A DNA stretch of 36,131 nt from Promethearchaeota archaeon. GTDB taxonomy: Archaea; Asgardarchaeota; Lokiarchaeia; Sigyniarchaeales; SOKP01. Made by a program: the position numbers and the translations under genes. Location of the stretch: NCBI GenBank assembly GCA_048938895.1, contig JBHLLU010000040.1:1-36131 (forward strand). Reading direction: 5' to 3'. Shown piece after piece: positions 1 through 9,665 of the stretch (position 1 is its first letter; each line of letters opens with the position of its first letter). The notes under the pieces are model-generated. The model saw only the letters and a list, made by a program, of their open reading frames with translations, was not told the DNA's origin and did not search any database.

Positions 1-872
1 TAAGCATTTATCATCCTTGAAAAGTATTGGTCAATAAGAGTTCTTTTCATATTTATATCTCTAAAGAGGATACCATAGAGAGCATCGTTCAGCATCATAT
101 CAAGTCTTTCAAAAGCACCCATTACAGCAATTTCTGGCATACATAATCCTGAACAGTAGTTAGTTAGACGAATATACCTTCCTAATTCTTCACTAACTTC
201 ATCTAAAGCTTTTCTCATTAGTCTGAAATTTTCTTGTGTTGCATAAGTTCCTCCAAAACCCTCTGTAGTAGGACCATAAGGAACATAGTCCAGAAGACTT
301 TGAACAGTCGATCTTATTACGGCAATTACGTCAGCTCCTTGTCTTGAAGCAGCTTGAGCTTGTATGATGTCCTCGTAAATATTTCCTGTTGCTACGATTA
401 CGTAAATAAGAGGTCCTTTTTTGTCACCGTATTTTTCTAGAAGCTCATCTCTTTTTCTTCTGTTTTGAGAAATTAAATCTAACTTTTCTTTAGCAAGCGA
501 ATTAAGGATTGATTTTATCTCTGTAAAATTTTCTAAAGGAAGATTGGTTAAATCCAATTCCATTTTGGCAACCTTCTCAGCTATTTCTTGGGGAGAAAGT
601 TTTGTACTTAGAATAGCATTACCGATATAAATAGCAATTCCTCTTGTTAAACCTTTTTCTCTTTCGATATGATTAACGACGATATTAGGCAATGGTACTT
701 CAAATTCATCAATACCATCAATTCCCAGAAATCTGCATACTGTTCTTTCGATAGTTTTAGTTGTATGCTGATCAATAAATTCTTGAGTTTTCAACGCAAT
801 TTCTTTTGCAGTTTCCCTTGCTTTAGCTACTATCGAAAAGTCTAAGTTCAATTTACTTGAAATTTTCTTCAT
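1..872 (-). CDS. kamD: Lysine 5,6-aminomutase alpha subunit (5' part; runs off the window edge)
   Basis: Not in the ORF track. Manual translation from ATG at 872 gives MKKISSKLNLDFSIVAKARETAKEIALKTQEFIDQHTTKTIERTVCRFLGIDG...GPLIYVIVATGNIYEDIIQAQAASRQGADVIAVIRSTVQSLLDYVPYGPTTEGFGGTYATQENFRLMRKALDEVSEELGRYIRLTNYCSGLCMPEIA...NDALYGILFRDINMKRTLIDQ, which I recognise as KamD. It lies downstream of kamA/kamB. Confidence 0.95.
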   Translation of the reverse strand, partial: MKKISSKLNLDFSIVAKARETAKEIALKTQEFIDQHTTKTIERTVCRFLGIDGIDEFEVPLPNIVVNHIEREKGLTRGIAIYIGNAILSTKLSPQEIAEKVAKMELDLTNLPLENFTEIKSILNSLAKEKLDLISQNRRKRDELLEKYGDKKGPLIYVIVATGNIYEDIIQAQAASRQGADVIAVIRSTVQSLLDYVPYGPTTEGFGGTYATQENFRLMRKALDEVSEELGRYIRLTNYCSGLCMPEIAVMGAFERLDMMLNDALYGILFRDINMKRTLIDQYFSRMINA

Positions 873-914
873 ATAATTCACCAATTTTAATAAATATATA
901 AATATAAACTAAAT

Positions 915-1967
915 TTAATCATTAACTCCAAGATTATATACGGGGATGTTAAGTTCTTCTGCTAGTGCTCGTAAAAATTTATCTTTATCAAATTGATATT
1001 CGTATGGGGATGTTGGATTTATAGTTAGACCGATAAGCTTTATTGGGTTAAGAACTTTTAATATTCCACCCTTTTTTTGAAATTTTTTAAAGATATTCTT
1101 ACTAATAAACAATTTGGTACTATCTTCAACTAGAAACGTGATTCCTTTATATTTTTGAGAATATTTCATTAAATCTTCCAAAAATCTATCAGTAATAGCC
1201 CCTTTTATTACAACGTATTGAGAATTATCATCCAGACTTTTGATAATATCTTGAGCCGAATCTAAGGCGGTAGCTATTTCTAAATTGATTATTGAATGTG
1301 ATTTAGTAATAATACCAACTTTTGATTTTCTTATTATTTCATTACATAAATCTATAATTTCTTGATCATTTTCAGGTTCTAACCCTAATAGCTGAACAGT
1401 ATGGATCGTTAAATCAATTACTTCCTTCATACTTCTTGATACTGAAGCGCCAGTGGACACAATTGTAGCATCAGATATTAAAGGTGTAGCATAAGACCTT
1501 CTATCAAAAGCTCCATCAATTAAGATTAAATCACATCCTAAACTACTTAGTTCCGAGCAAATTTTCGCTAACTGGCTATTTATCGAAGGACCAGCTAATT
1601 CAATGTAGCCTTCAGTTTTTGCTTTCAATATCATAATTTCTCCTAATGGAGTGTTAAATCCTGTTTCTTTAATTAATTCAAACTTAATATTACTTTGTTC
1701 AAAACACTGCTTAGCAGTTGCTATAAGAGTTCCTTTAGTGATATAGATTCTAGGTTTAGGGAGCTCAGTAATAACATCATATTTTTCTCCATCTCTTCCT
1801 ATTGATGTAAGACCTAAAACGATTTGTTCTCCTATATTTCTTATAATATAATTTAAAGTAGTGGTTTTACTAACATTTTTGGCAAGTCCTATAATTGAGA
1901 TGATTTTATAATTCTCAAATTTTTTCAAATACTCAATCATGAAATCCATTTTCTCGCCAAAAACCAT
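915..1967 (-). CDS. kamB: KamB-like lysine 5,6-aminomutase accessory/reactivase subunit
   Basis: N-terminal ISIIGLAKNVSKTTTLN P-loop-like motif, TSIGRDGE, LIDGAFDR and C-terminal TINPTSP. Located between kamA and kamD as in bacterial kam operons. The true start may be a few codons downstream. Confidence 0.75.
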   Translation of the reverse strand: MVFGEKMDFMIEYLKKFENYKIISIIGLAKNVSKTTTLNYIIRNIGEQIVLGLTSIGRDGEKYDVITELPKPRIYITKGTLIATAKQCFEQSNIKFELIKETGFNTPLGEIMILKAKTEGYIELAGPSINSQLAKICSELSSLGCDLILIDGAFDRRSYATPLISDATIVSTGASVSRSMKEVIDLTIHTVQLLGLEPENDQEIIDLCNEIIRKSKVGIITKSHSIINLEIATALDSAQDIIKSLDDNSQYVVIKGAITDRFLEDLMKYSQKYKGITFLVEDSTKLFISKNIFKKFQKKGGILKVLNPIKLIGLTINPTSPYEYQFDKDKFLRALAEELNIPVYNLGVND

Positions 1968-2030
1968 GTCTATTCTTCAATAGTAATAGAAATAAATCTT
2001 AATTATTTAATATATAGATTATAATATAGA

Positions 2031-3794
2031 TCAGTTGTCTTTCAGAATTTTGGGTATGTTATCTTCTTTAAGTTTTTGGGATCTCGTTATATCTAACGGT
2101 GCTTCACATACCCAGCAAACATTTTCTAAATCAATTAATGCTTTTACACATTTTTCACAATATAAAGCATTACATCTACAAATATAACTCATACCCTTTA
2201 CTTGACCTTTACAAATAAGGCAAACTTTTTTTTCTTTATGGATTGTTACTTTTTCTTCAACAATTTGAGTTATTATTGTTCTGCGAATTCGTAACATACC
2301 CTCCAATTGTTCATCTAGCCCTGCAAATTCCATTCTTTTATCAATAGATGGAAAATCTCCGTTTATTTCTTCAATTTTCTCCCATTTATCCAATAAATTT
2401 GTTAAATATTCTTGTTCATGATTAATTTTCAAGATTAATTGTTTATATCCATATCTTTCTGCAATTTGTTGACTTTTAATCAAAAATCTACGAGTTCCCT
2501 TGAGGTCTAATGTGATCAATGAGATTTTTGCTTGTAAGAGACAAAGTTCTGCTAAAAAATAGAATGAATTATTAGATTCAGCAAGTGCTTCTAATTGATA
2601 TACGTACGGCTCTAGTTCATCTAAAACCCGAATTTCATTGGTCATACGTAATTCTGTGAGTAATAAATCGCATAATCCTAATAACGATTCAAATTTTATT
2701 CCTCCTCTATCCCCTTCTTCAATTATCCACTTATAAATCTCTTCTGCTTCTACTCTATTTCTAGCTCTCTTACTCGTTTTTAATATTGACGCTTTGCAGG
2801 AAAGATAGGCAATATGAATCCATTGATTATTTATTTGATCATCTAGCTGCTTTAATTGGAGTAAATATTGTTTTGCCAAATCCAAATTACCCATTTCAAC
2901 GGCTAAATCAATTGAAATGCCAAGAGCAGTAGAAATATCTGTTGGAATTCCCAATTTTTCTCGTATTGATAAACCTCGTTCCGTATATTCAAAAGCAAGT
3001 TCTAAATCACCTAAAAGCCTATAAATTTCTCCAATCTGACTTAATAACCCTCCGGTAAGAGTTTTATTATCAATTTCTTCAAAAAAAGCTAAACTTTGTT
3101 TTATGTAAACAAGGCTTTTATCAAAATCACCTTTTATTTTAAAAAACAATCCAAAATATATTAAACACCACGCAATATAATATATATTGTTCGTTTCTGT
3201 TGCTAATGCATAAGCTTGTTCCAGAAGTTCCAAACCACGATCCACTTGATTTTTAATTAGACCAATATGATAAACATAACTAAGATATGATTCAATTATT
3301 TCAAATTTAGTTCCAAATTTCTTACGTATAATTATACTTAGTTCTATAAACTTCAGTTGCTGATCTATGCTATATATATCCATAGATCTTTTAAGATCAA
3401 GTAGATATGCTTTTCGGAGCATATAGTCTTTTGAAGTTTTTTTTGTATAAGAATTTAATAGAGTTTCGGCTTTTTTAATTGATCCTGAAACTTTTTCTTG
3501 ATTTCCCCTATAAGAACGAGCCTTAGATATTGAAAGTAATGTATCAATGGTTAAGAGAATGTTATTCACGTTTAATGATTCTTTAAATGCTTTTTTGGCG
3601 AGCTCGTGAGCATCTTTATACAACCCTCGTTGAATTAATAGCTCACACTTGAGAAGGTAACATTTGACTAAATTTTCAGTTGTATTAACTGCTTTTTTTT
3701 CGAAATTATTCATTACCTTTAGAGCTTGCTGATACTTACTCTCAAACAGAAGTTTTTTAGCTAAAATTAAGTCTTCAGTATTTGAATTAAACAA
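2031..3794 (-). CDS. Tetratricopeptide-repeat protein with C-terminal C4C4 RING-like zinc finger
   Basis: TPR-like helical repeats (GLFFKIKGDFDKSLVYIKQSLAFFEEI; GEIYRLLGDLELAFEYTERGLSIREKLG). C-terminal CLIC-x10-CRC-x4-CEKC-x10-CWVC. Confidence 0.85.
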   Translation of the reverse strand: MFNSNTEDLILAKKLLFESKYQQALKVMNNFEKKAVNTTENLVKCYLLKCELLIQRGLYKDAHELAKKAFKESLNVNNILLTIDTLLSISKARSYRGNQEKVSGSIKKAETLLNSYTKKTSKDYMLRKAYLLDLKRSMDIYSIDQQLKFIELSIIIRKKFGTKFEIIESYLSYVYHIGLIKNQVDRGLELLEQAYALATETNNIYYIAWCLIYFGLFFKIKGDFDKSLVYIKQSLAFFEEIDNKTLTGGLLSQIGEIYRLLGDLELAFEYTERGLSIREKLGIPTDISTALGISIDLAVEMGNLDLAKQYLLQLKQLDDQINNQWIHIAYLSCKASILKTSKRARNRVEAEEIYKWIIEEGDRGGIKFESLLGLCDLLLTELRMTNEIRVLDELEPYVYQLEALAESNNSFYFLAELCLLQAKISLITLDLKGTRRFLIKSQQIAERYGYKQLILKINHEQEYLTNLLDKWEKIEEINGDFPSIDKRMEFAGLDEQLEGMLRIRRTIITQIVEEKVTIHKEKKVCLICKGQVKGMSYICRCNALYCEKCVKALIDLENVCWVCEAPLDITRSQKLKEDNIPKILKDN

Positions 3795-3897
3795 TTAAAA
3801 CCCTCTGGTTCATACAAATTCAATAACAATGGGAAATGACAAGTTATTATAAGGATTAAGACTAATTTAAGTATATTCACTAGATTAATAATTCTTT

Positions 3898-5136
3898 TTA
3901 CTTATGGTTTAGCTTTCTCCTCGACTTTCGAACTAGATCATTGGGTTCAATTGTCATCTTTTGGCCACTTAGCAAAGCACTTACCCCGATTTGTTTCTCA
4001 CATTCTTCACAATGGCAATTTGGTACGTAATCTTTTGGTTCTTCATAAGTGGTTATGACACCCTCAAAATTCCTTAATACCACTCTGGTATTGCCTTGAG
4101 AAATGGTGTAATCTGGCATTACAGGAATTTTTCCACCTCCTCCTGGAGCATCAACTACAAAAGTCGGAACACATAATCCCGAAGTATGTCCTCTCAATCC
4201 TTCAATTATTTCAATTCCTTGAGCGACACTAGTTCGAAAATGACCAAGCCCTAAAGAAAGATCACATTGATAAATATAATATGGTCGTACTCTAATCTTT
4301 ACCAAATCTTGTACCAATTTCTTCATTATATGAATACAATCATTTACTCCTCTTAATAGAACGGATTGGTTGCCAAGAGGTAAGCCTGCGTCTGCTAACA
4401 ATTCACATGCTTTTGTAGAGTCTTCTGTAATTTCATTCGAGTGGTTAAAATGAGTATTAAACCAGATTGGTTGATATTTTTTTAGCATTTTACATAACTC
4501 TGGAGTAATCCGAAACGGATTTGTGACTGGGGCTCTCGATCCAATACGTATTATTTCTACATGAGGTATTTCTTTTAATCTCCTTAAAATCTCTTCCAGT
4601 TTTTTATCAGAGATTAATAATGCATCCCCGCCAGATAGTAGAACATCCCTTATCGAGGGAGTATTTTTGATATATTCTATACAATCATCTATTTGGGATT
4701 TAGGTGGAGCCATGTCAGCGTGCCCTGCAAATCTCCTTCTTGTACAATGCCTACAATACATCGAACAAACCTCTGTAACCAAAAATAATACTCTGTCTGG
4801 ATAACGATGGGTTAACCCCTCAACAGGAGAATCAATATCCTCACTAAGCGGGTCTTCAAGTTCACCAGTGTATTTTTCTAGCTCATGAATGGTTGGAATA
4901 GCTTGTTTTCTAATAGGATCATAGGGATCATTGGGATCAATTAAGGAAAGATAGTAGGGAGTTATTGCCATTCTATATTCTCTAAGTATTCGTGGATCAT
5001 CTTCTTCCTCTGTAAGGGTAATAAAATTCTTAAGCTCTTCCAATGTAGAAATTCTATTTTTAACTTGCCAGCGCCAATCATTCCAATCCTCATCACTTAT
5101 GTTAGAAAATAATTCATTTCGCCTATTAACTTTCAT
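3898..5136 (-). CDS. kamA: L-lysine 2,3-aminomutase (radical SAM, PLP)
   Basis: Radical-SAM motif CSMYCRHCTRRR, THRYPDRVL, LLSGGD, PLP-lysine motif DAPGGGGKIP, C-terminal CHCEEC Zn site, and kam gene context. Confidence 0.96.
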   Translation of the reverse strand: MKVNRRNELFSNISDEDWNDWRWQVKNRISTLEELKNFITLTEEEDDPRILREYRMAITPYYLSLIDPNDPYDPIRKQAIPTIHELEKYTGELEDPLSEDIDSPVEGLTHRYPDRVLFLVTEVCSMYCRHCTRRRFAGHADMAPPKSQIDDCIEYIKNTPSIRDVLLSGGDALLISDKKLEEILRRLKEIPHVEIIRIGSRAPVTNPFRITPELCKMLKKYQPIWFNTHFNHSNEITEDSTKACELLADAGLPLGNQSVLLRGVNDCIHIMKKLVQDLVKIRVRPYYIYQCDLSLGLGHFRTSVAQGIEIIEGLRGHTSGLCVPTFVVDAPGGGGKIPVMPDYTISQGNTRVVLRNFEGVITTYEEPKDYVPNCHCEECEKQIGVSALLSGQKMTIEPNDLVRKSRRKLNHK

Positions 5137-5419
5137 TTTGAAGACCTATAATCTTTGATTTACAATCTTTATAAGTATTTTATATATGTTAAACTTTAAG
5201 GATATTTAGAGATTTGTGGGAGAAGTACCCCACATTCATAATGTTATAGTTAATAATTCTAAAAAGTTAAAAAATTGTACTAAGCATCAGATTTTTATAC
5301 ATTATGGACCTAGAGCATAGATTGCATATTTCTGCAAAAAGGATAATAACTATTAATATTTATATAGAATGCTGTAATTCTTTTTTATAATTCAATATAT
5401 AAATCAAGGGCAGAAATTC

Positions 5420-8400
5420 ATGAATAGATTGTTTAAAAGTAATAAATGTGCAGGTTTTGTTGTAATTTTTATACTCCTAATCTTTTTTAATATTTACAGT
5501 ACTGTATCATTTAACTGGAATAATAATGATATAAATGCTGATTATTTCAACAATACAAACTATCCAAAACTACATGAAGATAATTTGGAGGAATGGTTGT
5601 ACTTTAGAGAAATCTCTTTAAATCCTTCTACCCCTAAAGGGAATTATCAAATAAAGGTCATACTCAATACAACTAATTTCGATTATACAAAAACTAACTT
5701 AGACGGAAGTGATCTTAGATTTTATAGCACTAATGGAACATACTTAGATTACTGGATTGAATCATGGAATACTGTTGGTGATTCAATAATTTGGGTTAAA
5801 ATAATAGAACAAGGAACTTCTCATTTTTATATGTATTATGGAAATCCATATGCTTTATCAATGTCGGATGGAGAGAAAACATTTGAATTTTTTGATGATT
5901 TTGAAGGAACTAGCTTGAATTTAAGCAAGTGGAATGAGCAAAAAGTTACTCGAACTGGAACATTCACTGTTACTGTAGAGGATAGCTTAGTAAAAGTATT
6001 GATGAGTGGTTTTAATATATACATGGGTATAGGAACCATTATAGGATGGCATGATTTTTACACTACTGGAGGAACATATGGTAGCAAATCTCCTAATGGT
6101 ATTTGTCTTTCGACAGATGATACAATTACAAGAACCGAAGGTGGAACATCTCAGTCTTTTGCTGATGTAGGGGGTCCTGAATGGATTTGGTTATTACAAG
6201 ATATTTATTACTTAAATTCTACTGTAGTTCAATTTTTTGAAAACAATACACTTATTGCCACTCATGATGATACTGCTTCATTTCCCTCTTCAGAAACTAT
6301 CCCAATTAAATTTATGACCAGATGTTATGACTATCCTGCGGGGAGGCATTATATGAATAGTATTCGTTCTAATCAGAATTTAAACAAAGAGGGAACAGCT
6401 CTAAGAATGCTTACAAGACAAGATTGGGATGGAAATTATGATGATAATGCTTTAAGGGTTTGGGTTGATTGGGTATTTATTCATGAAATCCATGAAGATG
6501 ATCCAATACCAAATATAGGTTCTGAGATATCTAATAAAATCCCACCTATAATCACCATTATTAGTCCAAATAATAATGATGTCTATGGCACATCAGCACC
6601 ATATTATCAAATATCAATTTTTGGAGCATCTATTAATGCAACCTGGTATACTCTAGATAATGGTGTGACAAATATCATTTTTACAGAATACTCGGGTTAT
6701 ATAGACCAAACAGAATGGAACAAATTTGGTAATGGTACTATAAATCTCAAATTTTATTCCAACAATACTTGGGGGAATGAAAGTTTTGCTGAAGTTTTAA
6801 TCAGAAAAGATATAATTAAACCGGTTATAACAATAAATTCGCCAATTCAAAATGAATTATATGGAAAAATATCTCCTTCCTTTGATATCTCAGTTATTGA
6901 ACCCAATATAGATTTAATATGGTACACCTTAGATAACGGTATTACTAATATTTCAATCACCGAATTAACCGGGAAAATTGATCAAGCAGAATGGAAAAAA
7001 CACGGAAATGGAACAGTTACAATTAGGTTTTATGTGAAAGATAGAGGAGGAAATGAACAATTTGATGAAGTTACTGTAAGAAAAGAAACAAGTGATCCAA
7101 TTATCATCATCCACAAACCAAAGGAAAATGAACTTTTCAGTACTCTTGCACCTACATATAATATTTCTGTAGTGGAACCAGATTTGGATTCAATGTGGTA
7201 CACACTGGATAATGGTATTACCAATATTACCTTTTCATTATTAATGGATGATATTAGTCAAACAGAATGGAATAAAAAAGGAAATGGAACCGTAATTGTT
7301 CGATTTTATGCTAATGACTCATTAGGGAATGTTGGTTTTTCTGAAGTTATGATAAGAAAAGATATACTCGCACCTCAGATCAACATTGTCTTGCCAATTG
7401 AAAATACTATATTTGGATTTGATGCTCCAGCTTATTCAATAACTGTTATAGAAAATAATCTTCATTCAATGTGGTACACACTCGATAATGGTTTAACAAA
7501 TATTCCATTTAGTAGTTTTACTGGTACAGTCGATGAAACAGAATGGAATAAAAGAAGTGGCGGAACTGTCTCAATTAGATTTTATGCAAATGATACTTTA
7601 GGACATCTAAGCTATGAAGAAGCAATTATTGTAAAAGATATTATTGAACCACTAATAACAATTAACAGTCCGTCTGAAAATGAAATATTTGGTGCAACAG
7701 CTCCAACCTTTAGCCTTTCCATTGTGGAACCAAATTTAAAAAATTTAACATATTCAATTGATAATGGTGTAACTGTTCTAGAGTTTAGCGGTCTTACAGG
7801 TCAAATTGATCAAGCTGAATGGGATAAAATGGGAAATGGAACCGTGTCAATTAGGTTTTATGCTGAGGATGAGGCGGCTAATATAGGAGACTCTGCGGTT
7901 ACAGTAAGAAAAGATATTAGTTTACCTATAATTGACATAATTTCACCTGAAATGCATCAAATGTGCGGTATTAAAGCCCCAAACTTTGAACTTACAATTT
8001 TAGAACCAAACATAGATTTAATGTGGTATACACTTGACTACGGATTAACAAATGTTACATTTACTAGTTTTACAGGATTTATTAGTAAAGCGGAATGGGA
8101 TCTGAAAGGAAATGAATCAGTTATTATAAGATTCTACGTAAGAGATAAAGGGGGAAATGAAGTATTTGCTGAAGTTCTTGTAAGTAAAGACATTTACATA
8201 CCAATAGTTAATATCCTTGTTCCTGAATTAGGCGAGGAAATCATCGATTATCCTCCAATTTATAGTATATCTGTAGATGAAGCAAACTTAATTCATTTGT
8301 GGTATACTTTAGATGGCGGTATAACAAACACTACATTTACAGAATTAATCGGTATAATAGATGACGATACATGGAGTATAATTCCTGATGGACCAACTAC

Positions 8401-8575
8401 AATAAGATTTTATGCAGAAGATAAAGGGGGGAATATTGGTTATGATGAAGTTCTCGTTGTGAAAATTACGACTCGAAATAGGCCAAACCAAATTCCTGGA
8501 TACGATACATTACTTCTAGTTAGTATTTTTGGGATTTCTACATTGATACTTTTAAGAAATCGATATAAAAAATAA
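5420..8575 (+). CDS. Large cell-surface protein: signal/TM segment, DUF2341-like domain, 7 Ig-like ~92-aa repeats, IPGY-TM-basic (Loki-CTERM-type) sorting tail
   Basis: Hydrophobic N-terminus. DGSDLRF...LDYWIESW...IWVK...YMYYGNP...FFDDFEG is DUF2341-like. Repeats P.I.I.SP...WYTLDNG...EW...GTV.IRFYA.D..GN. Ends IPGYDTLLLVSIFGISTLILLRNRYKK. Many N-x-S/T sequons. Confidence 0.88.
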   Translation: MNRLFKSNKCAGFVVIFILLIFFNIYSTVSFNWNNNDINADYFNNTNYPKLHEDNLEEWLYFREISLNPSTPKGNYQIKVILNTTNFDYTKTNLDGSDLRFYSTNGTYLDYWIESWNTVGDSIIWVKIIEQGTSHFYMYYGNPYALSMSDGEKTFEFFDDFEGTSLNLSKWNEQKVTRTGTFTVTVEDSLVKVLMSGFNIYMGIGTIIGWHDFYTTGGTYGSKSPNGICLSTDDTITRTEGGTSQSFADVGGPEWIWLLQDIYYLNSTVVQFFENNTLIATHDDTASFPSSETIPIKFMTRCYDYPAGRHYMNSIRSNQNLNKEGTALRMLTRQDWDGNYDDNALRVWVDWVFIHEIHEDDPIPNIGSEISNKIPPIITIISPNNNDVYGTSAPYYQISIFGASINATWYTLDNGVTNIIFTEYSGYIDQTEWNKFGNGTINLKFYSNNTWGNESFAEVLIRKDIIKPVITINSPIQNELYGKISPSFDISVIEPNIDLIWYTLDNGITNISITELTGKIDQAEWKKHGNGTVTIRFYVKDRGGNEQFDEVTVRKETSDPIIIIHKPKENELFSTLAPTYNISVVEPDLDSMWYTLDNGITNITFSLLMDDISQTEWNKKGNGTVIVRFYANDSLGNVGFSEVMIRKDILAPQINIVLPIENTIFGFDAPAYSITVIENNLHSMWYTLDNGLTNIPFSSFTGTVDETEWNKRSGGTVSIRFYANDTLGHLSYEEAIIVKDIIEPLITINSPSENEIFGATAPTFSLSIVEPNLKNLTYSIDNGVTVLEFSGLTGQIDQAEWDKMGNGTVSIRFYAEDEAANIGDSAVTVRKDISLPIIDIISPEMHQMCGIKAPNFELTILEPNIDLMWYTLDYGLTNVTFTSFTGFISKAEWDLKGNESVIIRFYVRDKGGNEVFAEVLVSKDIYIPIVNILVPELGEEIIDYPPIYSISVDEANLIHLWYTLDGGITNTTFTELIGIIDDDTWSIIPDGPTTIRFYAEDKGGNIGYDEVLVVKITTRNRPNQIPGYDTLLLVSIFGISTLILLRNRYKK
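6541..8465 (+). repeat. Intragenic tandem repeat, 7 units with 276-bp (92-aa) period
   Basis: The WYTLD motif Trp codon falls at 6644, 6920, 7196, 7472, 8024 and 8300, with a diverged TYSIDNG unit at ~7748. Spacing is exactly 276 nt. Confidence 0.92.
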
Positions 8576-8593
8576 TTCTCCCCATTTTTTTTA
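8576..8593 (+). terminator. Probable archaeal oligo-T terminator after the surface protein gene
   Basis: TTCTCCCCATTTTTTTT follows the stop codon at 8575, in a short convergent intergenic gap. Confidence 0.45.
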
Positions 8594-8606
8594 AAATTTC
8601 AAAATC

Positions 8607-9644
8607 TTAGGCGTATTTATTTTTGAAAATTCCTCTTAGAACAGATGATTCTCTTAATAGATTTAATGCAATATTCGCATGATTATATGTATATCCGTTC
8701 CCGATTATCATAACCACATCCTTTCCAACACCTTCAGCCCCAAGTGCGGCTTTAGTGAAGCTAGTAGCCATAGAAAAAAAATATACAATACCACCATTTC
8801 GAACAGGAAGAATAGAGGATAATTCTGTATTAGAAATGCTAAGACAATTGATGGCAATATCAACTTCCTTATCATTATTAACTCCCAGAACCTTGTCTAA
8901 AACATCCATAGGATTTAAAACATCAGCTACTATTACTTCATGACAAAATTCAGTGTTTAGAAGAAATTCGGCTCTTTCCTCGTTTCTTGCTTGACCAATA
9001 ACCTTCCCTTTCTTACCAACTAACCCTTTGGCAACATAGGAACAAAGTAGTCCAGACTTTCCTGTAGCACCTAAAATTAAAACTGTATTTCCGGGTTTTA
9101 CCAAATTCTTGACTTGAGCTGGTGCTCCTGCTACGTCCAAAACTGCTAATGCTAATGTATCCTCCATATCTTCTGGGAGTTTAGCATAAATCCCACTTTC
9201 AAAAAGTATTGCCTTCCCCTCAATTTCTACTCGATCTATATTAGGGTTAATATTAATTATCTTATCGATTCTTAATGGAGTTAAAGAAAGAGAGACAAGC
9301 GTTGCAATTTTATCTCCTTCCTTAATACTAATTTTGTTTTTCAATAATTCCCCAATTTTCTCAACTTTTCCAATAAGCATCCCTCCAGAACCAGTTACCG
9401 GATTTTGCATTTTACCTTTTTCTTCAACAATTTCTATTATTCTTGTTTTAACCTTTTCAATATCTCCCTTAGCTTCTTCTTTAAGTTGGGTGAAACTAGC
9501 TGAATCTATATTTAAGTAATCCACATCTATTAATATTTCATTGTCAAAGATTTCCATATCGTTAGAAATTTTAGTGGCTGGTTGGGGAAGTGCCCCTTTT
9601 GGTTTAATAACCCTATGAGTACCATATTTATTCCCTTTTTTCAT
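8607..9644 (-). CDS. kdd: L-erythro-3,5-diaminohexanoate dehydrogenase
   Basis: YGTHRVIKPKGALPQPA, NIDSASFTQ, KMQNPVTGSGGML, ATLVSLSLTPL, LDVAGAPAQ, FFSMATSFTKAALGAEGVG and IGNGY are characteristic of Kdd. Confidence 0.94.
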   Translation of the reverse strand: MKKGNKYGTHRVIKPKGALPQPATKISNDMEIFDNEILIDVDYLNIDSASFTQLKEEAKGDIEKVKTRIIEIVEEKGKMQNPVTGSGGMLIGKVEKIGELLKNKISIKEGDKIATLVSLSLTPLRIDKIININPNIDRVEIEGKAILFESGIYAKLPEDMEDTLALAVLDVAGAPAQVKNLVKPGNTVLILGATGKSGLLCSYVAKGLVGKKGKVIGQARNEERAEFLLNTEFCHEVIVADVLNPMDVLDKVLGVNNDKEVDIAINCLSISNTELSSILPVRNGGIVYFFSMATSFTKAALGAEGVGKDVVMIIGNGYTYNHANIALNLLRESSVLRGIFKNKYA

Positions 9645-9665
9645 TATAATCCCAAACCTTAATTT

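Noticed and set aside
3898-5136. Interpretation as EF-P modification enzyme EpmB, or as ablA for N-epsilon-acetyl-beta-lysine osmolyte synthesis
   Set aside because: No epmA/efp or adjacent ablB-type acetyltransferase is present, and the context with kdd, kce and kamD indicates catabolism.
5215-5234. Small inverted repeat TGTGGG-N8-CCCACA upstream of kamA (lysine riboswitch or operator?)
   Set aside because: The arms are only 6 bp and there is none of the extended multi-helix structure of a lysine riboswitch, so it is too weak to call.
6541-8465. Regularly spaced repeats as a CRISPR array or mobile element
   Set aside because: The repeats are in-frame, diverged at the DNA level and 276 bp long, so they are protein domain repeats. 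No cas, transposase or integrase genes are in the window.
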